A stretch of 64,000 nucleotides of DNA, taken from the IMG/VR virus record IMGVR_UViG_3300032282_005553, positions 1 to 64,000 of that record; one strand, 5' to 3'. The DNA is from a virus. Positions 60,401 through 64,000 of this stretch are shown piece by piece. The translations under genes and the position numbers were made by a program. The notes below the pieces were generated by a model. It was given only the letters and a program-made list of their open reading frames with translations, was not told where the DNA came from and searched no databases. Each line of letters starts with the position of its first letter. The stretch's first letter is position 1.

Positions 60401-63400
60401 ACGATAAAAAAGAAATAGCAAATAGATCCAAAGAAGCCAGAATGCTCGCGAAGGAAGAATCTGATGCTCGTAGACAGATACTAAACCAAACTAGAGGATC
60501 GTCCGGTCCGGGCTCTGCTAGATCGCAAAGATTTAATCAGGCAATGTTTGGAGCTAGTTTTGTTTTACCAATGGTAGGTCAAATGATGGGTGGAGATCCA
60601 TCAAATGCAGGATCATCTGCTCAAGCTGGTCAGATCGCCGGTGCTCAAGGGGCCGTAAACATGGCTAGTACAGGAGCTATGGTGACGAGCATGGCCGCCA
60701 CAGGACCAATTGGAATAGCGCTAGGTGCTGCTGCTACGGCCGTTGCGACTTTTGGACAAGCCACTATGGATGCCCATAATGCAGTAATTGATTTTGAGAA
60801 ACAATTAGTTGCTAAAAAAGTAGAACATGCAATAGCTGATATCAATAAAATGTTTGAAAAATTAGCTAAAGATCTTAGTAATGTAGATATTCAAAATTCT
60901 ATAACCAAAAAATTAAACGAAGCCACCTCAATCTTAATTGATAATATGGAGTTCCAAAGAAGAACTGCTAAAATTTATTGGACAAATATCATTGATATGA
61001 TGGCAAATAATAATAATGCATCTAATGAAAGAAGTAGGATATTAGAAAAACATGGTACAGGGGCGTATCTGAATTCTACAGCGTTTGGACAAAATCCGGT
61101 TGGAATGACGCTTAATGCAATAGCTTTTGGTATACCTGATGCTATATACAAAGCATTTAATGGCAAAAGCATGTTTGCTGGATCAGAAGAGAAAGCGAAT
61201 CAAAATAGATACGAATATACCAAAATGATGATACCTGACCAGGCTAGAGAATCAGCTAGAGGGTTCGCTGACCTTGCCGATACTGCTACAAGATTAATAG
61301 AAGAAAAAATTAGATCAGGAATGAATGTTGATGATATCATTAATAATCCAGACTTTGAAAAATATGGAAGAAATTTGGCATTGGCTAATTCTTCGGTACA
61401 AGAACAAATTTTGACTCTTAGAAATAGTATTCTTGTTGCTGATGATGAGAAAAAAGCTAGAGAAGAATCAATTATCAAAACATATGCTGAAGAGGAAGCA
61501 AGAAGAAGAGCTTCTATTGTAGCAAGAGAAATCGAGATAAGAGAAGCTAAAAAAAGTAGCGCTAAAATGTCCAGATCTCTAGAAAGAATGTTCCAAAATA
61601 TGGAGCAAGCAATAAATAGAACAAATTTCGGACTGCAACGAATGGCTGATGAGTTGGATCTTGTAACATCTTCATTAACTGGACAGGCCAAGGCCGGAGA
61701 GGGAGTACTAAAAAGCATCAATGTACTACAAAATCCAAGAGCATACTCCTCAAGAGACTTCTCTGAAGCAAGTAATCAAGCGGCATCATTTTTTGGCGAT
61801 AATTCTGGATTAATGAATGGATTATTAACTTTAGGTAATGATATCGAAACAACAATTATGGGTACTATTAGTAGGACCCTATCGGAAAATGAAGGAGACA
61901 ATCAAGAAAAAATTTCTGTTGCTATTGAAAGGGCTGTAAAAACTAAATTAGCTGATCTTGCTTTGCCAGAAGACGTTTCTGCTAAATTAGCTAGAGAAGT
62001 AAAAAGAGCTCTTGATCAATTAAGAAAAGAAGGTGATCAGAAGATAGATTTTAGTCAACTAGAAGAACGCTTACAAGATATCAGTAAAGTTTTTGATAGT
62101 GCAAAAAGAGCACAAGAAATAGCCATAAAAGCTCTGGAAAACTGGAATAGTGCTCTTAATGCCTATGCAGAGAGTATGAATAGAATTGTCGAACTACAGA
62201 TCTCTTATCAAGCTAGAGCTAGAAAATCTACCGAACTACAAACGAATGCACAACTAGAACTTGCTAAAGTGCTCGGTAGAGATGTTTCTGTATCAGATAT
62301 TAAAGAAAAAAGAGACTCACAAATTCGTCAACAGACCGGTGGTTTAACATCTCCAGATAGTATAGCAAAAAACTTTGCTAACCTAGAAGAAAAACGCAGA
62401 CAACAAGAAGCCGCTATTGATGTAGCAAGAAATCAAGGAGCAAGAGGAGCCGAAGATTTCCAAAAGATGCAAAATAATTTGGCTAAGACCAATGTTGCTT
62501 TAAGAGAAAATTATGATGCTCTTAAAAATCTTGCTGAAAATTCTGATGTCGCTGCTGCTGCTCTCAATAAAGTACAAGAAGCTCAACAAAAACAACAAGG
62601 AAAAGTTAGTTTTATAGAAAAACTTGTGACCAGTACTCCAGACGAATACAACGCATTAAACAGAGCTGTTATTAGATTACAACGAAATATGAATGGCCAA
62701 ATGAATTCAATCAATAACAGTGTTGGTGCTCAAAAAGCATATGCAGAAGCTTTGAATGAAGGAGCTAGTGCTGCAGAAGCCATGAGAGCAGCTCAAGCGG
62801 CATTTGCTAATGAAAGAAAAGATACACTATCAGCATTAAATGATTTGTTACCATTCCTTGGCAATGGACAACAAGCTAATCAAATAAGAGCAAATACATT
62901 ACAATCTATGCTAAAAGAGAGTGGACTCGGCGTCTCTCCTCTGATGCAACAAATTTTAGATTCTTTAAGGAACCCTGAGCTTGATCCAGAAACACAAAAA
63001 GCAATTCAACTATATGAAGATGCTAATCAATTACAAATAGCAGCAAATAATTCTTTAGTAAAAATAGAACAAGCATTAGCTGATGCCACAGCAGATAAAG
63101 CAGCAAAAGCTATAGCATCTGCTTTAGAAAAAACAATATTGACTTTTAAAACAGCAGAACAACAAGATATTAATAATGGAGTTGCTCAAGGTAGAGCATT
63201 TGGTGGTATTATCTATGCTTCAGAAGGAATGTTTACTCCCAGAGGTACAGATACTGTCCCCGCTATGTTAACGCCGGGAGAATTTGTAGTTAATAAAGCA
63301 GCAACAGCTAAAAATTTAGGATTATTACAAAATATTAATAATAATCATTATAGCACTGGTGGAAAAGTTAATTATTATGCAGCCGGGGGTTATGTTAGCA

Positions 63401-64000
63401 GCATACAAAAAGAAAATAAAAGAACTGAAGAAAACTTTAAAGAAACACAGGATAAATTTTTAGATTTAGATGATCCAGGACTAAGAGAAGTACTATCAGG
63501 CTCTGAGGGATCAAAGATTTATCAAATTCCTGGAAGATTCATTAAGGTAAAAGAGGATGCTCTAGCCCAAACTCCTGATCGTAATGCGTATAATGCCGGG
63601 GCTATGCCAAGATGGGATCTGAGTAAGATTTTTGACGCTCATCAGGATGGAAATATTGTTCCGGGTTATTCTATGGGTATGCAGATGAAGCGTACTTCAA
63701 CATTTCTTTATGGCAATATAGATTGGCCATTAATATATCCAATACCTGGAGTAACAAATACAGAACCAGTAGAAATTGGTAATGGTTCTTTTATTGGAGG
63801 CTTGACTGAAGATAAAAGAATATCGCTTGCTACTAAGCCATATGTTGTATCTGATGAAAAAAAATATTTAGAACAACTTCAAAGACTAAAAATTACACCT
63901 GAATTTATAAAAAAGAAATTTGCATGGATCTCTAATGCTGCTCATCCAGTAAGACAGGCAATAGATGGAGATATATTAGATTATCCCACTGATGTGACTC
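54412..64000 (+). CDS. giant tape measure protein (>3190 aa, runs off window) with embedded kinase, nucleotidyltransferase and nuclease-like domains
   Basis: AAGGA RBS, ATG 54412. No stop in the segments translated by hand (54412-59820, 60541-60780, 63181-64000), and no + strand ORF is listed here in the track, consistent with one unterminated frame. TP901-type core (LAQAGLSA...RQFGI...RESAETIATGLRTIFTRI...GGFRQ); three PA(M/L)LTPGEFV modules; Gly/Ala hydrophobic stretch at 60541-60760. Confidence 0.9.
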   Translation, partial: MAKGFNLTAEINLRGPANIRTVVADIRRQLGTVSANVNVKVNPASSRNIAGLNQALTNLNNTLSQTNVLATQVTASLNALATAGGTASTSLGGLPRSMGSATASLNRFNASAANTGNALRVSRTEFEEFGRQAALAVRRFAAFSTVTSVVFKVTNAISSAYTEFVAFDKELVRVAQVTDSSLSSLSGLERSITNLSTSLGVSSQDLIKVSSTLAQAGLSAKDTEKSLKALALSALAPSFEGLNDTVEGSIALMRQFGIQAGDLEKSLGSINAVSARFAVEAGDIIAAIQRTGGVFAAASRGVSEGKDALNEFIAVFTSIRATTRESAETIATGLRTIFTRIQRSSTIEALKEYGVNLTDIEGKFVGAYKAVELLSGGLGKLDPRDLKFSKIIEELGGFRQIGKVIPLIQEFATAQQALAVAQKGQGSLSTDAATAQQALAIKISKVREEFIALIRSVSKSDSFQNFINLSLDLASSLIKLSDSAKVLLPALTAIAAIRGASFITQFSRGFAGGIRTQRNNNGGPIRGFATGGLVPGRGDTDTYPAMLTPGEFVIRKKAVDKIGVTNLHRINRASGGYIPKVKSESSEPKQYFDGARSQRTVQKTKNSGRYIAPKVSIPERAHIGGDLYIDQSFLVRYLERYSASKLKRSIGEFSGTKPGMAVGVIGGMSKTEYDKFIKEKLNLSVKKRIRLNFPRTFNQALRATDPGLVLKNDLVDIVSSAPDLTDPLGGLSSSEINKIKQNSIRKIRSLKALPASSYRKNLGWRSDTPDSLKNAPAFDSDYQLNPLAQIIESSVNQTTKQKLQNNIDLLFRSSKKDAKYISSKTGQERTRTQSRESARLSTIMKKYSNDPRNVQRREESYYDRGLENAISSLPEKRSRKKSQTTSNYPKDRIPFYMLNAGGSVQRFADGGVTTRNVGYIDSDALNDPANKALVDEQIEKLKKQGIKIEGGYRGYKQYLSDLAAKARQEKQIGRLTSIVGLPGAGKSTMMMGSSQADNATMRKTTRFPILTPEDITRSSSVIDVTASVNPKKIDASLQASDRIVSLSSSTKEEQQELRRRRKLRNRQIESGTSTTGFGRRAGTTDSAPVDSGYIEAILQSEIKDPKKIRTLGVTPKGFRTKRGDDIPEILKEKINLYYGNFGPTTAGHVAAQQQGMQESAKRGISKSIVAVGIDTPVKSGDEHSTRSALLSQKERIALAKKAFPESSITAATKETFGFGLPSLYEIEKSGTDRRRFVKPLGGSTATVGDEKGSSSLQKYLDAGFDPKDILTLERLGGISGTKVREALLKGDTKTLKKLTSPAVFDILSRNSEVFQRRSSILPKIMERIGTRATSSLGAIEAELAKYPGRLTPKIKAEHPEYEEIVDNLRKQRDKIKAKAESRSGSTMRRLSRMFPSAYGIDIGDTQKFMAGEAVKARVGRKKAERLHDTDIGEARTKTASEIISELTISSAQQVLTEAGGARVNANTLLRKSKLNPDELRLKDSILSAYVTKVNAKAKEARERDLGATTSAQQAKTLFGVIGMFGNGFPAENITLEDGLKKPTTVRVFGAVLDKNKAEKDARLEQRKNRLSAINTKRTIKGKSRLSDSRAQDIENAPMASALSKEYLQEDLSGITKRTGITPQMTPALKKSLADSQGSKFQNDVTATLIKTPEGKEISDSMMRDNQQRSIDFPYGIGMSMAKNWFNNALLANIPVDAKRTLTGPRGKLLSNITNYLKTKGFAIGGHIPENNEDSVPALLTPGEFVINKKAAQRIGAAKLHQLNRADRIKGFNKGGAVGPQRFFLGGGASARPGDSANINNLMVPASSINQLRLIVDALEELGVSASKSADLLKKGGRASIQAAHAAYEADIVRLRIAGAPIQTVINAETQLANMRQQATRQVAAQRQLSGVGGSKLQRIDTAAQNNIQRMVQRAQNAGVNLDENQMRRIEDLGYRRAATRARISPTQMAGLNGNDLRQFINSAMGDPKTFQQMNKTFETQRKQEILRQINIERGVTNDKKEIANRSKEARMLAKEESDARRQILNQTRGSSGPGSARSQRFNQAMFGASFVLPMVGQMMGGDPSNAGSSAQAGQIAGAQGAVNMASTGAMVTSMAATGPIGIALGAAATAVATFGQATMDAHNAVIDFEKQLVAKKVEHAIADINKMFEKLAKDLSNVDIQNSITKKLNEATSILIDNMEFQRRTAKIYWTNIIDMMANNNNASNERSRILEKHGTGAYLNSTAFGQNPVGMTLNAIAFGIPDAIYKAFNGKSMFAGSEEKANQNRYEYTKMMIPDQARESARGFADLADTATRLIEEKIRSGMNVDDIINNPDFEKYGRNLALANSSVQEQILTLRNSILVADDEKKAREESIIKTYAEEEARRRASIVAREIEIREAKKSSAKMSRSLERMFQNMEQAINRTNFGLQRMADELDLVTSSLTGQAKAGEGVLKSINVLQNPRAYSSRDFSEASNQAASFFGDNSGLMNGLLTLGNDIETTIMGTISRTLSENEGDNQEKISVAIERAVKTKLADLALPEDVSAKLAREVKRALDQLRKEGDQKIDFSQLEERLQDISKVFDSAKRAQEIAIKALENWNSALNAYAESMNRIVELQISYQARARKSTELQTNAQLELAKVLGRDVSVSDIKEKRDSQIRQQTGGLTSPDSIAKNFANLEEKRRQQEAAIDVARNQGARGAEDFQKMQNNLAKTNVALRENYDALKNLAENSDVAAAALNKVQEAQQKQQGKVSFIEKLVTSTPDEYNALNRAVIRLQRNMNGQMNSINNSVGAQKAYAEALNEGASAAEAMRAAQAAFANERKDTLSALNDLLPFLGNGQQANQIRANTLQSMLKESGLGVSPLMQQILDSLRNPELDPETQKAIQLYEDANQLQIAANNSLVKIEQALADATADKAAKAIASALEKTILTFKTAEQQDINNGVAQGRAFGGIIYASEGMFTPRGTDTVPAMLTPGEFVVNKAATAKNLGLLQNINNNHYSTGGKVNYYAAGGYVSSIQKENKRTEENFKETQDKFLDLDDPGLREVLSGSEGSKIYQIPGRFIKVKEDALAQTPDRNAYNAGAMPRWDLSKIFDAHQDGNIVPGYSMGMQMKRTSTFLYGNIDWPLIYPIPGVTNTEPVEIGNGSFIGGLTEDKRISLATKPYVVSDEKKYLEQLQRLKITPEFIKKKFAWISNAAHPVRQAIDGDILDYPTDVT

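Noticed and set aside
54804-61721. Many minus-strand ORFs in the track
   Set aside because: They are shadows of the plus-strand tape-measure ORF, which the track omitted because it has no stop in the window.
1-64000. CRISPR array, tRNA/rRNA genes, stop-codon reassignment
   Set aside because: No regularly spaced repeat-spacer units or cloverleaf sequences were seen in the few intergenic gaps, and genes are full length under the standard code.

Overview
This window is the late (morphogenesis) region of a large, AT-rich tailed dsDNA phage. No tail-sheath gene lies between the neck genes and the tape measure, which points to siphovirus morphology. Left to right it holds: the end of a leftward small-gene region with sigma70- and sigma54-type promoters; a GIY-YIG/HNH double endonuclease; a phage sigma factor; gmd, HNH and ERCC4 nucleases; terminase, portal, protease/scaffold, decoration and major capsid genes; about 35 kb of modular fibre/adhesin genes (Mtd-N, LamG, LRR, collagen, a 3440-aa giant, a sulfotransferase); neck, tail tube and chaperone genes; and a >3190-aa tape-measure ORF (54412 to window end, missing from the ORF track). 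The most striking feature is that this tape-measure protein looks like a segmented polyprotein. Repeated lambda-gpH-like 'FxxGG...PAMLTPGEFV' modules bracket apparent enzymatic cargo: a P-loop kinase fused to a (H/T)xGH nucleotidyltransferase, and a PD-(D/E)xK-like domain. A recurrent GTGTA-N8-TA motif marks likely late promoters. All functional calls come from reading motifs by eye; no database searches were run.
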